This document shows positions 1 through 11,150 of a stretch of DNA of 64,000 bases, one piece after another. Position numbers and translations under genes: made by a program. The notes under the pieces were generated by a model that was given only the letters and a program-made list of their open reading frames with translations, was not told the origin of the DNA and made no database searches. Origin of the DNA: an uncultured delta proteobacterium. Its GTDB lineage: Bacteria; Myxococcota; Myxococcia; Myxococcales; Myxococcaceae. Each line of letters opens with the position of its first letter. Positions within the stretch are counted from its first letter, which is position 1. The DNA lies in contig CAVYSY010000001.1 in NCBI GenBank assembly GCA_963771175.1, positions 64,001 through 128,000 of the forward strand. Reading direction: 5' to 3'.

Positions 1-521
1 GGTGGCGAGCCCTCCGCCCGCCCCCCAGGCCGCCATCAGCGGCGAGGCCTACAACTTCTACCGGGGCGACTTCTCCACCCAGGTCCGGGATGGCGAGCTC
101 GCCGCGCTGCTCGGGCTGGACGGGCAGCTCGCCTTCTGCCCGGTCGTCCTCCGCCGCCTCCTTCCTCTCCGAGGGCATCCACGAGGCGGTGGCCCGGGTG
201 GAGCTGGCCTTCGTGCAGACGCGCATCAAGTACCTGAGGAGCTGGCTCACCCAGCTCCTCACCGCTCTGCCGGCCCCGCAGAACATCCAGAGCCGCGCCA
301 CCGCGGACCAGGTCTTCGATCGGCTGGTGAAGAGCCGCTTCCCGCTGCTCACCCTCAAGGAGGGCGAGCTGGTGCGCATCAAGGGCGTGCTCGGCCAGCT
401 CGTCGCCATACCCGGCGAGCTGGGTGAGAGCGCGCTCAAGTTGGAGGGCGTGCTGCGCGGCATCGACGACGACTTCAGCCACTTCAGCAAGCAGTTGCTG
501 GAGCTGCGGGCCTCGCTGTGA
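1..521 (+). CDS. 3' part of a hypothetical protein (5' end outside window; possibly the AAA+ partner of the downstream VWA protein)
   Basis: GC3-rich reading in ORF 2..~150 continues after a frameshift in ORF 90..521 (FLSEGIHEAVARVELAF...LLELRASL*). No catalytic motif is visible; the AAA idea rests on context only. Confidence 0.6.
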   Translation, partial: WRALRPPPRPPSAARPTTSTGATSPPRSGMASSPRCSGWTGSSPSARSSSAASFLSEGIHEAVARVELAFVQTRIKYLRSWLTQLLTALPAPQNIQSRATADQVFDRLVKSRFPLLTLKEGELVRIKGVLGQLVAIPGELGESALKLEGVLRGIDDDFSHFSKQLLELRASL

Positions 522-535
522 GGAGGCACTGACGC

Positions 536-2846
536 GTGCTCGGGTCCCGGCTCGCACGCCTGCGGCAACGGCTGGACGCGCTCCAGACGAGCTCGTCCCA
601 GGCCGAGGGCCTGCGGGGATGGTGGTTGGGGCTCACGGCCCCGGCGGAGGTGGACCTGTCCCTGCCCACCGTGACGCTGCTCGACCGTGCCCTGGAGCGG
701 GTGGGGGTCCACACCCTCGCGGACGCGCGCCTGCTGCTCGAGCTCGGCGTGAAGAAGGGCAGGGTGGGGGACCTGGCGGCGGGTCTGCGCTCCCGGGCGG
801 ACGAGGCCCTGGAGGAGTTCGAGGGGACCCTGAGCGCGGTGGAGAAGATGACGCGGGCGGGCCGGACGCCTCCGGGCGCGCGCACGGCGCTGGAGCGGGG
901 CTTCGTCCGGCTCGCGCGGGTGCTGCGGGTGGCGGAGCTCTTCCTGTCTCCCAGGCCCCCGACGCAGGCGGAGGGCGAGCTTCGAGATCTTCGAGCGGCC
1001 CGGGCCGCTCTGGAATGATCGGGGCGCCCCCAGCAAGGCTCGCATGGCCGTGGCCGAGTTCCTCGCCCAGCGGGCGCGGCACAACGTGGAGGACCTGACC
1101 CAGCGGCGGCGTGACCTGGACGTCGCCCATGAGCTCCTGCTGCGCATCGGCATGGAGCACGATCGCGACCGGGGCGTCGCCCTGCGCAGCGAGGTGGCCC
1201 AGGCCCGCGAGCGCGTCCGGGAGTTGCCGGCGACGCGTTCGCTGGAAGCGCTGGTGCAGGAGGTGCGGCGCACCGCGAGCAGGGAGCCGGGGATGGCCTG
1301 GCGCTCGCTCCGGGGCCTCTACGAGCGCGCGTTGGAGGCGAATGACCCCGAGCTCGCGGCGGCGGCCCGTGCGGCGCTCGAGCCGATGATGCCCGCTGGC
1401 GGGCGGATGCGGGCCCTGCTGGAGTCCGCCGAGCGCGATGAGCTGACCCGTTGGTTCGGGGAACTCCCCCCCGCCATCGAGGGGCCGCACGGCTTCAAGG
1501 AGAAACCCAGGTCCTCCTCCTCGGACGACCTGCTCGCGGACCTGGCCTTCTCGCTGAGCCCCGAGCAACTCTCCGCGTTCGAGCTGGCGGCCGGTTGCGC
1601 CCGCTACTTCGACGTGGAGGACTCGCTCTCCGAGGAAGTCGTCGAGGTGAACACCCAGAAGGTGCGTCCCGTGCCGCGGCGGGTGCCGTACCCCACGCAG
1701 CACATGACGTTCGAGCGCACGGGCAGCCTCGCACGAGGTGCACGACTTCGTCATCTCGGACCCGCGGATGCTCGTCTACGACCTGGCCTCCCACGGCCAG
1801 ACGCGTGCGCGCCTACCTGGAGGATGAGCCGCCCCCGAAGCCCAAGCAGATGAAGCGCACCTCCGTGCGCGTCTACGTCTGTGACGCCTCGGGCTCCATG
1901 CACGGCACCCGCGCCCGCTTCCGCGACGCCATCATCATCGCCGAGCTCAACAACCTCCGCGTCAAGGCGCGCGCAGGGTCTGCCCTTCGATCCGCTCTAC
2001 TTCTCCTTCTTCAACGACACGCCCACCGAGCTCGCCCGGGTGGACACGGCCCGCGAGGCCACCCGGCAGATCGAGAAGCTCTTCCGCGACTCGCCCGCCG
2101 AGGGACAGACGGACATCACCCTCGCGCTCATGTCCGCCTTCGACTCCATCCGCGCCGCGCGGGGGAAGGACCCCTACCTCGCCCGGGCCACCGTGGTGCT
2201 CGTCACCGATGGCGAGGACCGCGTCGACCTGGAGCTCATCCGCCGCACCCGAGCCCCCGTGGACGCGCTGGACATCGCGCTCAGCTTCATCTCGCTCGGC
2301 GAGGAGAACCCGGACCTCAAGTCGCTGGTCCAGGAGCAGCGCGCCCGGGGCGGGCGCGCCTTCTACCACCACCTCTCCGACGCGGAGATCCAGTGGGCCC
2401 GCACCGAGTTCGACAGCCCCTGGCGCACGCTCCTGCCGCGTGATGTCCCCGTCACCCCGGAGGTGCTGGAGGCGCTCGCGCCCCACCTGAGCGCGCTCGA
2501 GGCCCTCGCCGCCGGGCGCACGGCCTCCTCGGCGCCCATGGCCTCCGAGGTCTCCTTCGATGCCCTCTTCCCGGAACCGGAGCGGGCCTCCTCCGAGAAG
2601 GTGACGGGAGCGGCGCCCGGACTCGAGCTCCACGCCCGCGTGGCCGACATCCTCGACGCGCTCGTGGAGGCCGCCGCGCTCGCCCCCGCCGATCGCCGCG
2701 CCACCGAGAGCCTCACCCTCCTGCAGCACCTGCTTGGGGTGTACCAGCTCACTCCCGCGCGCTACCTCGCCGTGCTCGCCACCGGAAGTCCAGAGGTGCA
2801 CGAGCGCCTCGAACGCGTGCGGCTCCTCTGCCGTCCCTTCGAGTAG
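536..2846 (+). CDS. von Willebrand factor A (VWA) domain protein, ViaA/CoxE-like; reconstructed across about 3-4 frameshifts
   Basis: GAGGAGG SD before GTG at 536. MIDAS motif VYVCDASGSM, GQTDITLAL and VVLVTDGED lie across ORFs 536, 1044, 1451 and 1881. Confidence 0.8.
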
Positions 2847-2860
2847 GCTGTTGTCCGGCC

Positions 2861-3424
2861 ATGCTCTTCGACTGGTTGCGCAAGAAGAAGCCCGAGAAGA
2901 AACCCGTGGACCCGCTCGCGGCCTTCGATCAGCTCATCGAGGACCTGGAGCGGCAGGGGGCCGAGGTTCGCAAGTCCGCCGCCACGCTGCTCGCGCTCAA
3001 GGGAGACCTGACCCGCTCCGCGGAGCGCTACGTCAAGCGGCTGGAGGACATCGCCAGGCGGCGTGCCATCGCGGACGAGCAGGGAGATACGAAGATCGCC
3101 ACCACGCTCGAGCGCGACCGCGCCCAGACCGAGTCCCTGCTGCGCACCACCCGGGAGTCGCTCAACCGCGCCGAGCAGGACAGCAAGCTGCTCCTGGAAG
3201 CCGCCGCGGACGTGGGCGATCGCGTGGCCGAGCTTCGGGCCGAGCGCGAGAGTGCGTCCGCTCGGCTCGCGGTGGGAGGGCTCGTCTCCGCGGCCCTTCG
3301 CGAGCAGGTGGAGCGCTTCGACAAGGTGCTCGCCGTGGATGCCGCGCGCGATGAGATCGAGCGGGCCCATGCGCTCGCGGAGATCTACCGCGAGGAGCGC
3401 GGGGAGTCCGCGAAGTCGGAGTGA
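2861..3424 (+). CDS. PspA/IM30 (bacterial ESCRT-III-like) family protein
   Basis: N-terminal amphipathic MLFDWLRKK, DP...FDQLIEDLE motif, long coiled coil, ERFDK segment; 187 aa. Confidence 0.75.
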   Translation: MLFDWLRKKKPEKKPVDPLAAFDQLIEDLERQGAEVRKSAATLLALKGDLTRSAERYVKRLEDIARRRAIADEQGDTKIATTLERDRAQTESLLRTTRESLNRAEQDSKLLLEAAADVGDRVAELRAERESASARLAVGGLVSAALREQVERFDKVLAVDAARDEIERAHALAEIYREERGESAKSE

Positions 3425-3443
3425 GTGCGGGAGGGGAGGGTGC

Positions 3444-4325
3444 TTACGTGCGGCGCGCGGTCTGGTGCAGCTCGAGCACGATGTTGCCGTCCTTGAAGAG
3501 CCGCACCGCTCCCGAGGTCTGGCTCACCACCAGCGCGATGCACTTCGTCGTCGACGTGATGCTCGCCGCCGCCGCGTGTCGCGCTCCCAGTCCCAGCGGA
3601 ATCTTCACCGTCTCGTCCGAGGCCGACAGGTAGCGCCCCGCCGCCAGCACCACGCCGTCCTCGCGGATGACGAACGCCCCGTCCAGCACCGAGAAGTTCT
3701 TGATCGCCTCGCGGATCTTCGGGTCCAGCACGTTGCGCTCGGACTCGGACAACCCCTGGAACGGGTTGATCGTCATCTGCCGGCTCGACTCCATCACGGT
3801 CGTGTGGTCGCCGATCGTGATGATCGTCCCGATGGGGTGACCCTCGAAGCCCTCCTGGCCGATCTGCAGCGCGAGCTGGATGAGCGCGTCCACCACCTGC
3901 GAGTTGAACTCGTCGCCGAGCTTCACGCCCTCGATCGCCAGCCGGTCGTCCAGCGAGCCGCCGATGCGCATCTGCATCAGCGTGTCCGGAGACCGGCCCA
4001 GCTTGCCCGTCATGCAGAGCACCAGGTCACCTTCCTTGAAGGCCCCCTGGGAGAGCGCCGACACGAGTGCCACCTTCACCCGCTCGGTGCGCGAGTAGTC
4101 GTAGGCGGGAATAACCAGCGCCCGCTCCTTCTTGGAGAGCAGATCCTGGGCGAGCTTGGGTGAGGTCACCGCGTAGACGAGCTTGCGTTTCGCCAGCTGC
4201 CGGCGCAGGTCCTCGGCCGCGATGGGGGTGTCGCTGATGTAGAGGAAGTGGTCCACGTCCCCTTTTCCAGCGAGCGAGAGAGCGGCTCGCAGGAACTCCC
4301 GGTCAAATTTGGAGGTATCGCTCAT
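3444..4325 (-). CDS. Diadenylate cyclase (DisA_N/DAC domain), DacZ-like soluble architecture
   Basis: C-terminal DAC motifs GHPIGTIITIGD, LDGAFVI, GLGARHAAA, VVSQTSG; ~120-aa N-terminal alpha/beta domain; no TM segments. Confidence 0.85.
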   Translation of the reverse strand: MSDTSKFDREFLRAALSLAGKGDVDHFLYISDTPIAAEDLRRQLAKRKLVYAVTSPKLAQDLLSKKERALVIPAYDYSRTERVKVALVSALSQGAFKEGDLVLCMTGKLGRSPDTLMQMRIGGSLDDRLAIEGVKLGDEFNSQVVDALIQLALQIGQEGFEGHPIGTIITIGDHTTVMESSRQMTINPFQGLSESERNVLDPKIREAIKNFSVLDGAFVIREDGVVLAAGRYLSASDETVKIPLGLGARHAAAASITSTTKCIALVVSQTSGAVRLFKDGNIVLELHQTARRT

Positions 4326-4367
4326 GGGGTACGACCTCATCGCCTGTTATCGGTTGGTTGGGATTCC

Positions 4368-4396
4368 TTGACATCAGGTCGCACGTGAATAAAGAT
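4368..4396 (+). promoter_or_regulatory. Possible sigma70-type promoter of dksA
   Basis: Perfect TTGACA at 4368-4373, imperfect -10 (TAAAGAT) 16-17 bp downstream, in an AT-rich divergent intergenic region. Confidence 0.4.
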
Positions 4397-4455
4397 TTCC
4401 GGCCCATTTTTTCGGGGCACCAGGGCCCTTCCCCCGCAGCACCGGAGCTGAGGCT

Positions 4456-4818
4456 GTGAACCAGAAAGATCTCAAGCGTTACAAGAAGATGCTCGAGGAC
4501 AGCAAGATTAGCCTGCTCGAGAGCGCCAAGAAGACCCTGGTGGAAGAAGCCAGCTTCGACACCGACGATCTCCCCGATGAGATCGACCAGGCTTCTTCCG
4601 AGTACGCGCAGTCCATGGCGTTCCGCCTGCGCGACCGGGAGAAGTTCCTGATGCAGAAGATCGATCGTGCCCTCGCTCGCATCGAGGATGGCACCTTCGG
4701 CATCTGCGAGCGGTGCGAAGAGGAGATCTCCCCCAAGCGGCTGGAGGCGCGGCCCGTCACCACGCTGTGCATCCGCTGCAAGGAAGAGCAGGAGAAGAAG
4801 GAGAAGTCCTACGGCTGA
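4456..4818 (+). CDS. dksA: DksA/TraR C4 zinc-finger transcription factor
   Basis: DEIDQA (DxxDxA) coiled-coil tip, CERC...CIRC zinc finger, RLEARP motif. Confidence 0.9.
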   Translation: MNQKDLKRYKKMLEDSKISLLESAKKTLVEEASFDTDDLPDEIDQASSEYAQSMAFRLRDREKFLMQKIDRALARIEDGTFGICERCEEEISPKRLEARPVTTLCIRCKEEQEKKEKSYG

Positions 4819-4879
4819 GGCCGTGGACAGGGCAGGCGGTGCTCACGCAGGGGCCCGCGTGACGCCGCCCGCCCATCTC

Positions 4880-5638
4880 TCAGGCCGCCAGTTGGAGCTC
4901 CACCCGGAGAAGCTGGCGGCCGATGAGGAAGTGGTCCCCGTTGTCCACGAAGACGGGGCCGTTGAGCCGGATGAAGGTGCCGTTGGACGAGCCCAGGTCC
5001 CGCACCCCCAGTCGGTCCTGTTTCACCTGCAATAGCGCGTGGCGCCCCGAGACGAAGCCGTCGGTGGGGAAGGTGATGTCCCCCTGCTCGCGCCCGAGCG
5101 AGTTGTCCCCCTCCTTGAGCGGGAAGGCCGCTCCGCGCACGCCCCCCTCCAGGATCTGCACCAGCCGCAGCTTGTAGCCCGCGTCGGGCGAGCCCCAGAT
5201 ATGGGCGCCGCCCGGGCCCACGGCCGCCGCGGGGATGGGCTCGAGCACCAGCCGCTGCCGGCCCAGACGCAGCTCGCCGCCCACCGGCAGCTCCTTCTCC
5301 TGGCGCAGGCGCACGAAGACGCCGTTGGCGCCGCCCACGTCCTCCACCGCCAGCCGCCCGCCCGAGAAGAAGAAGCGGGCCTGCACCGGCATGATGAAGG
5401 GATCGTCCGTCAGGGGCAGGTCCCCCTGGGTGCCGCAGGTGAGGGTGTCCCGGGTCATCCTCACCACGGACTCCGGGCCACCGTCCGCCCGCACCACGCG
5501 CAGGGAGACCTGCGGCCGGGCCACCAGCTTCGGCGCGGCCATCACCATGGTGCCCCCCGCGCGCATGGGCGAGCCACAGGCGCTACAGGTGGAGGCGTTG
5601 TCGGGGTTCTCGGCGTCGCAGCGGGGGCAGTAGGCCAT
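4880..5638 (-). CDS. Zinc-ribbon + tandem FHA domain protein
   Basis: CPRC...CSAC N-terminus; C-terminal FHA with GR...SGRHA...DLGSSNGTF; degenerate first FHA (GGANGVFV). Confidence 0.88.
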   Translation of the reverse strand: MAYCPRCDAENPDNASTCSACGSPMRAGGTMVMAAPKLVARPQVSLRVVRADGGPESVVRMTRDTLTCGTQGDLPLTDDPFIMPVQARFFFSGGRLAVEDVGGANGVFVRLRQEKELPVGGELRLGRQRLVLEPIPAAAVGPGGAHIWGSPDAGYKLRLVQILEGGVRGAAFPLKEGDNSLGREQGDITFPTDGFVSGRHALLQVKQDRLGVRDLGSSNGTFIRLNGPVFVDNGDHFLIGRQLLRVELQLAA

Positions 5639-5773
5639 GGCGGACGCGCTTACATATCAAGCCCGGCCCGGGGTTGCGCGGATCCTGAACAATGCCCGTC
5701 CACCTTGCGGGCGACCCGACGCTCGTGGGAAGTTCGGGGGCCAACACCCGCTTTTGTATCCGGGAAGTCCCCT

Positions 5774-7582
5774 TTGCTTTGTCCGAGCTGCGGCGTCGAC
5801 GCCGGTGATGCCTCCAAGAAGTTCTGCCTCTCCTGCGGAGCCACGCTCGCGCGCGGGGAGCAGGACGAGTACATCGGCCGTACCATCGCCCAGAAGTACC
5901 AGGTGGAAGCCCTCATCGGCGAGGGCGGCATGGGCAAGGTGTACCGCGCCCGCCAGATCGCCCTGGACAAGCTGGTGGTGCTCAAGGTGCTGCGTCATAC
6001 CCTGCTGGGCGATGATCGCACCGTGGCCCGCTTCAAGCGCGAGGCCAAGGCCGCCAGCCGCCTCAACCACCCCAACTCCATCGGCATCCTCGACTTCGGC
6101 ACGCCGAGGACGGGGCCCTCTTCATCGCCATGGAGTTCGTGCCGGGGCAGGACCTGCACACCGTCCTCAGCAAGGACGGCCCGCTGCCCGAGTCGCGCGT
6201 CGTCCGCATCGTCAGCCAGGTGCTCTCCGCCCTCTACGACGCGCACGCCGCCGGCGTCATCCACCGGGATCTCAAGCCCGAGAACATCATGGTGGAGCAG
6301 CGCCGCGACGAGCCGGACTTCGTGAAGGTGCTCGACTTCGGCATCGCGAAGATCCAGGACGGCGAGGACGGGCCGACCCTCACGCGCACCGGCTTCGTCT
6401 GCGGCACCCCCGAGTACATGTCGCCCGAGCAGGCGCGTGGCGCGACGTTGGATCACCGCTCGGACCTGTACGCGGTGGGCGTCATCATCTACCAGCTCCT
6501 CATTGGCCGGCTGCCCTTCGAGTCCGACTCGGCCGTGGGCTACGCCACCAAGCACCTCACCGAGGAGCCCGTCCCGCCGTCGCGCAAGCGCCCGGACATC
6601 CGCATCTCCCCGGCCATGGAGCGGCTCGTCATGCGGACGCTCTCCAAGAGCCCGGATGATCGGCCCCAGGATGCCGAGGCCTTCAAGGCCGAGCTGCTCG
6701 CCGTGGAGAAGGAGCGCGAGCGTCGCACCAACGCGGCCCCCGCCAATCGGCGCCCGGCCTCGCCCTCGGGAGTGCTCGCGCCGCTGCCACGCCGGGCCAC
6801 GCCGCCTCCCAATGGGATGAGCACGGAGATCACCGACGCGGCCTGGAACGGCGACTCCGACGCCACCGTGCGCGCCGAACCCACGCGCATGCAGTCCAGC
6901 GCCGCCATGGCCCGGATGGCCCAGGAGCGCACGCAGCTCGCTCCTCCCAGCAGGCCGGAGCGGGAGCGTTCCCAGCCCGTCCCCCGGTCCGGTGCCGAGC
7001 GCTCCGTGTCCGAGCGGGCGCCCGCGCCCACCATCGACCAGTCCGCGATCCACGAGAAGACCGAGGCCCGGGTGCCCACCGTGTCCGACGCCGGGAGTGG
7101 GGTGGGATTCCTCAAGGCCTTCATCCTCACGCTCGCGCTGGCCTCGCTCGCGCTGGGCGGCTACTGGCTCTACACGAGCTGGCGCACCTCGTCCCGGGAC
7201 AAGCCGCTTCGTCCCCCCGAAGAACGCCCCCATCCCCGGGCAGGAGTCCGGCGCCCTGATGCCCGCTCCCATTCCGGGGTACGAGCGGGAGATCCCGAAG
7301 GAAGCGCGCAACCCGGAGCAGGCCGGGCGCTTCGAGCAGTCGGGCGACGACGCCTACAAGCGCACCCACCTGGACCTGGCCGCCACCGAGTACCGGAAGG
7401 CCTTCCTCCTCAACCCCACGCCGGAGCTGTCGCTGAAGCTCGGTGAGGTGTACTGGGCGCGCAACATCACCGACGAGGCGCGCGGCTGGTGGAAGCGCCA
7501 CCTGCGCGACCTGCCGGACTCCAAGGCCCGCGCCACCCTCCTCAAGAAGATGCCGGACCTCGCGTCCGCCGAGGGCCCATAA
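5774..7582 (+). CDS. Zinc-ribbon Hanks-type Ser/Thr protein kinase with TM helix and C-terminal TPR-like domain (frameshifts near 6100 and 7210)
   Basis: CPSC...CLSC, GEGGMGKVY, HRDLKPEN, DFG, GTPEYMSPE; TM FILTLALASLALGGYWLY; helical-repeat tail in ORF 6992..7582. Confidence 0.9.
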
Positions 7583-7597
7583 TCCGACGGCGGGGGC

Positions 7598-8683
7598 TCA
7601 GCCCATCAGCTCCACTTGCAGGATATGCTGGCCCAGACGCACCCGATCTCCGGGGCGCAGCGGCCTCTCCACTCCCGCGGGAATGCGCACGTATGTGCCG
7701 AGGCCTCCGGACAGGTCGCGCAACTGGGCCCCGGCGGAGGTGAAGCTCAGCTCGCAGTGCCGGCTGGCCAGCCCCTCTTCCTGGGGGTAGCTGAAGTCAC
7801 AGTTGGCCTGCCCGATGGTCAGCAGCGGGGCGGACGTCACGACGGTGCGACCGCTGCGGCCTCCCACCAGCACTTCCTCCACGCCGTGAATGCCCTGGCC
7901 GGGAGGCACCGGAGCGCCGTAGACGGTGGGGCGCCCGGCGAGGGGCGGCGGGGCCTCGATCTTCCCGAGGAAGCGGAAGAGGCGCTGGCCGATGCTGAAG
8001 AAGGACAGAGGGGGGAGCGGCTCCGACCCGGTGATGGTGACGTAGACGCCCGAGCTGCTGGACTCGTCGCGCACGTGCAGCACGGTGTCCTTGATGAGGA
8101 ACGTGGCGTGCTGGGCGGAGACGAAGATGTCGTCGGCGAAGAGGATGGCTCCTCGCGAGCGGCCCACGGTGCACCCGGTGACGGGCAGCTTGAAGCGTTG
8201 GCCGCGCGCCGTGCCGGCGATGACCATCAGTCCGAAGCGGGAGGCGGCGGGGCGCGCGGCGGGCACGGGCGCGGCGGGCTTGGGCGCTGGCCCGGGAGGC
8301 ACCGCGGCAGGGGGGGCGGGGGCGGGACGTGCGCCGGGGGCGGCGGGACTCCGGGCGGCGGGCCCTGGCTGGGGACGGGCGACGCCAGGCACCAACGGGA
8401 CGCCTCCGGCCGAGGCGATGGGGGGCGGGGTACGCGAGGAGGCCGGACGCAGACCCGGCGGGGCCTCGGGCGGACGGGCGCCACCCGGGGGAGTCCGGGC
8501 AACGCCGGGAACGGGCCTGCTCGCGGGGGAGGCAGGCGTGGCTCGAGCGGGTGGCGGCCTGGCCGTGGCGGGCGCCTCGCGCAGCGAGGTGCCGCAGCTC
8601 GCACACACCGTGGCGCGAGGCGGGTTGTGGCCGTCACAGTTCGGGCAGACCACGGCAAGAGCGGACAGCAGGAGCTGTGACAT
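7598..8683 (-). CDS. Zinc-ribbon + Pro-rich linker + tandem FHA domain protein
   Basis: CPNC...CASC; FHA motifs VGR...VSAQHA...SSSGVYV and ASRHCEL...DLSGGLGTYV. Confidence 0.85.
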   Translation of the reverse strand: MSQLLLSALAVVCPNCDGHNPPRATVCASCGTSLREAPATARPPPARATPASPASRPVPGVARTPPGGARPPEAPPGLRPASSRTPPPIASAGGVPLVPGVARPQPGPAARSPAAPGARPAPAPPAAVPPGPAPKPAAPVPAARPAASRFGLMVIAGTARGQRFKLPVTGCTVGRSRGAILFADDIFVSAQHATFLIKDTVLHVRDESSSSGVYVTITGSEPLPPLSFFSIGQRLFRFLGKIEAPPPLAGRPTVYGAPVPPGQGIHGVEEVLVGGRSGRTVVTSAPLLTIGQANCDFSYPQEEGLASRHCELSFTSAGAQLRDLSGGLGTYVRIPAGVERPLRPGDRVRLGQHILQVELMG

Positions 8684-8802
8684 GGGCGGAGCGACTCTAG
8701 AAGTGCGGGGAACGCCGGGTCAACGAAAGCGAATTCCGGGCGAATACCGATGACGCGACGTTGCTCCCACAGGGGGCGACAGTTACGATTGCTGACGCTT
8801 CG

Positions 8803-11021
8803 ATGATTCGCCTCAACGACATCCTCCAGCGGGTTGCCTCGTACCATCCGGACCCCGATCTGGACATCATCAAGAAGGCGTACGTCTATTCGGCCAAGGT
8901 GCACCAGGGCCAACTACGCAAGTCGGGTGAGCCGTACCTCATCCATCCCCTCGAGGTCGCTGGCCTGCTGGCCGAGCTGAAGCTGGACGAGGCCTCCATC
9001 GTCACCGGCCTCCTCCACGACACCATCGAGGACACACTCGCCACCGCCGAGGAGCTCGACCGAGCTGTTCGGCCCCGAGGTCGCCCAGCTGGTCGACGGG
9101 GTGACCAAGCTCTCCAAGTTCTCCGCCTCGGCCACGCTCTCGCAGGAGGAGAAGCAGGCGGAGAACTTCCGCAAGATGATCATCGCGATGGCGCAGGACA
9201 TCCGCGTCATCCTGGTGAAGCTGGCCGACCGCACGCACAACATGCGGACGCTGGACCACATGGCCGAGGAGAAGCAGCGGCGGATCGCCCAGGAGACCCT
9301 GGACATCTACGCGCCGCTGGCCAACCGCCTGGGCATCAGCTGGATCAAGACCGAGCTGGAGGACCTGTCCTTCCGCTACGTGAAGCCCCAGGACTTCTTC
9401 GACGCTCCAGGAGAAGCTCAACAAGCGCAAGAAGGAGCGGGAGAAGTACATCGAGGACGTCAGCAGCCTCATCCGCAGCCAAGCTGGAGGAGCGCGGGCC
9501 TGAAGGGCGACGTGAGCGGCCGCTTCAAGCACGTCTACAGCATCTACAAGAAGATGCAAGTCGCAGGGGATCGACTTCGAGCAGATCCACGACATCATCG
9601 CCTTCCGCATCCTCATGCCCGCGGTGCCCGAGCTGCTACGAGGCGCTGGGTCTGGTGCACCAGCTCTGGAAGCCGGTGCCGGGGCGCTTCAAGGACTTCA
9701 TCGCCATCCCCAAGCCCAACATGTACCAGTCGCTCCACACCACGGTGATGGGGCCGTTGGGCGAGCGCATCGAGGTGCAGATCCGCACCGCGGAGATGCA
9801 CAAGGTGGCCGAGGAAGGCATCGCCGCGCACTGGGCGTACAAGGAGGGCAAGGCGCTCTCCGTCAGCAAGGACGACGAGAAGTTCGCCTGGCTGCGCCAG
9901 CTCATGGAGTGGCAGCAGGACCTCAAGGACCCCAAGGAGTTCCTCGAGACGGTGAAGGTGGACCTCTTCACCGACGAGGTCTTCGTCTTCACGCCCAAGG
10001 GGGACGTGCGGAGCCTGCCGCGCGGCGCCACGCCGGTGGACTTCGCCTACGCCATCCACTCGGACGTGGGCGGCCGGTGCGTGGGCGCCAAGGTGAACGG
10101 GAAGATCGTCCCGCTGCGCTACAAGCTGAAGAACGGCGACACGGTCGAGGTGCTCACCAGCCCCCAGGCGCACCCGTCCAAGGACTGGCTCACCTTCGTC
10201 AAGACGAGCCGCGCCCAGCAGCGCATCCGCTCCTTCATCAAGCAGCAGCAGCGCGAGAAGAGCCTGCAGCTCGGCCGCGAGCTGATGGAGCGGGAGTTCA
10301 AGCGCTTCCAGCTCAACTACAACAGGCTGGTGAAGAGCGGCGAGCTGAAGAAGGTCTGCGAGGAGCTCGGCTTCCGGGTGGAGGACGACCTGCTGGTGGC
10401 CGTGGGCTACGGCAAGGTGGTGCCCAACCAGATCATCACCCGCGTGGTTCCGCCGGAGAAGCTGGCCGCCCTCCACGGGTGAGGGCAGGGCGATGCCGGC
10501 GGAGTCGTCCGCGAGCTCCAGCGGCATGCTGCCGGGCCTGTCTCGCGTCACCGACTTCGCCAAGAAGCTGGTGGGCAAGCAGAACAGCAGCGGGGTGCAG
10601 ATTGGCGGCGTGGACGACGTGCTGGTCCGCTTCGGGCGCTGCTGCAACCCGGTGCCGGGAGACCCCATCGCCGGCTTCATCACCCGAGGCCGGGGCGTGA
10701 CGGTCCACACCGTGGGCTGTGACAAGGCGCTGGCCACGGATCCCGAGCGCCGCGTGGACGTGTCGTGGGACGTGCGCGGCGACTTCAAGCGCCCCGTCAC
10801 CCTGCGCGTGCTCACCGCGGACCGGCCCGGGCCTGCTGGCGGACATCTCCAACACCTTCTCCAAGAAGGGCGTGAACATCTCCCAGGCCAACTGCCGCGC
10901 CACCGGGGACGACCGCGCGGTGAACACCTTCGAGGTCACCATCTCGGACCTGAAGCAGCTCACGGATCTGATGCGCACCATCGAGCGCCTCAACGGCGTC
11001 TACTCCGTCGAGCGCATCTAG
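8803..11021 (+). CDS. relA: Bifunctional (p)ppGpp synthetase/hydrolase (Rel/RelA-SpoT), several apparent frameshifts
   Basis: HQGQLRKSGEPY, GLLHDTIED (HD), VKLADRTHNMRT, RFKD, YQSLHT, EVQIRT, TGS (TPVDFAYAIH), CCNPVPGD and C-terminal ACT domain. Confidence 0.95.
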
Positions 11022-11150
11022 CCTCCACTCCCTCGTCCTGGGGCGGAGTGGCCCCTCCCCGGAGGCGAAGGGCTGGCCGGTTGCTACCTCCGATGGTAGA
11101 GCCGCGCGGACACGCGGCCGCTCCTGGCCGCTTCACTTCCGAGGTGCTCC

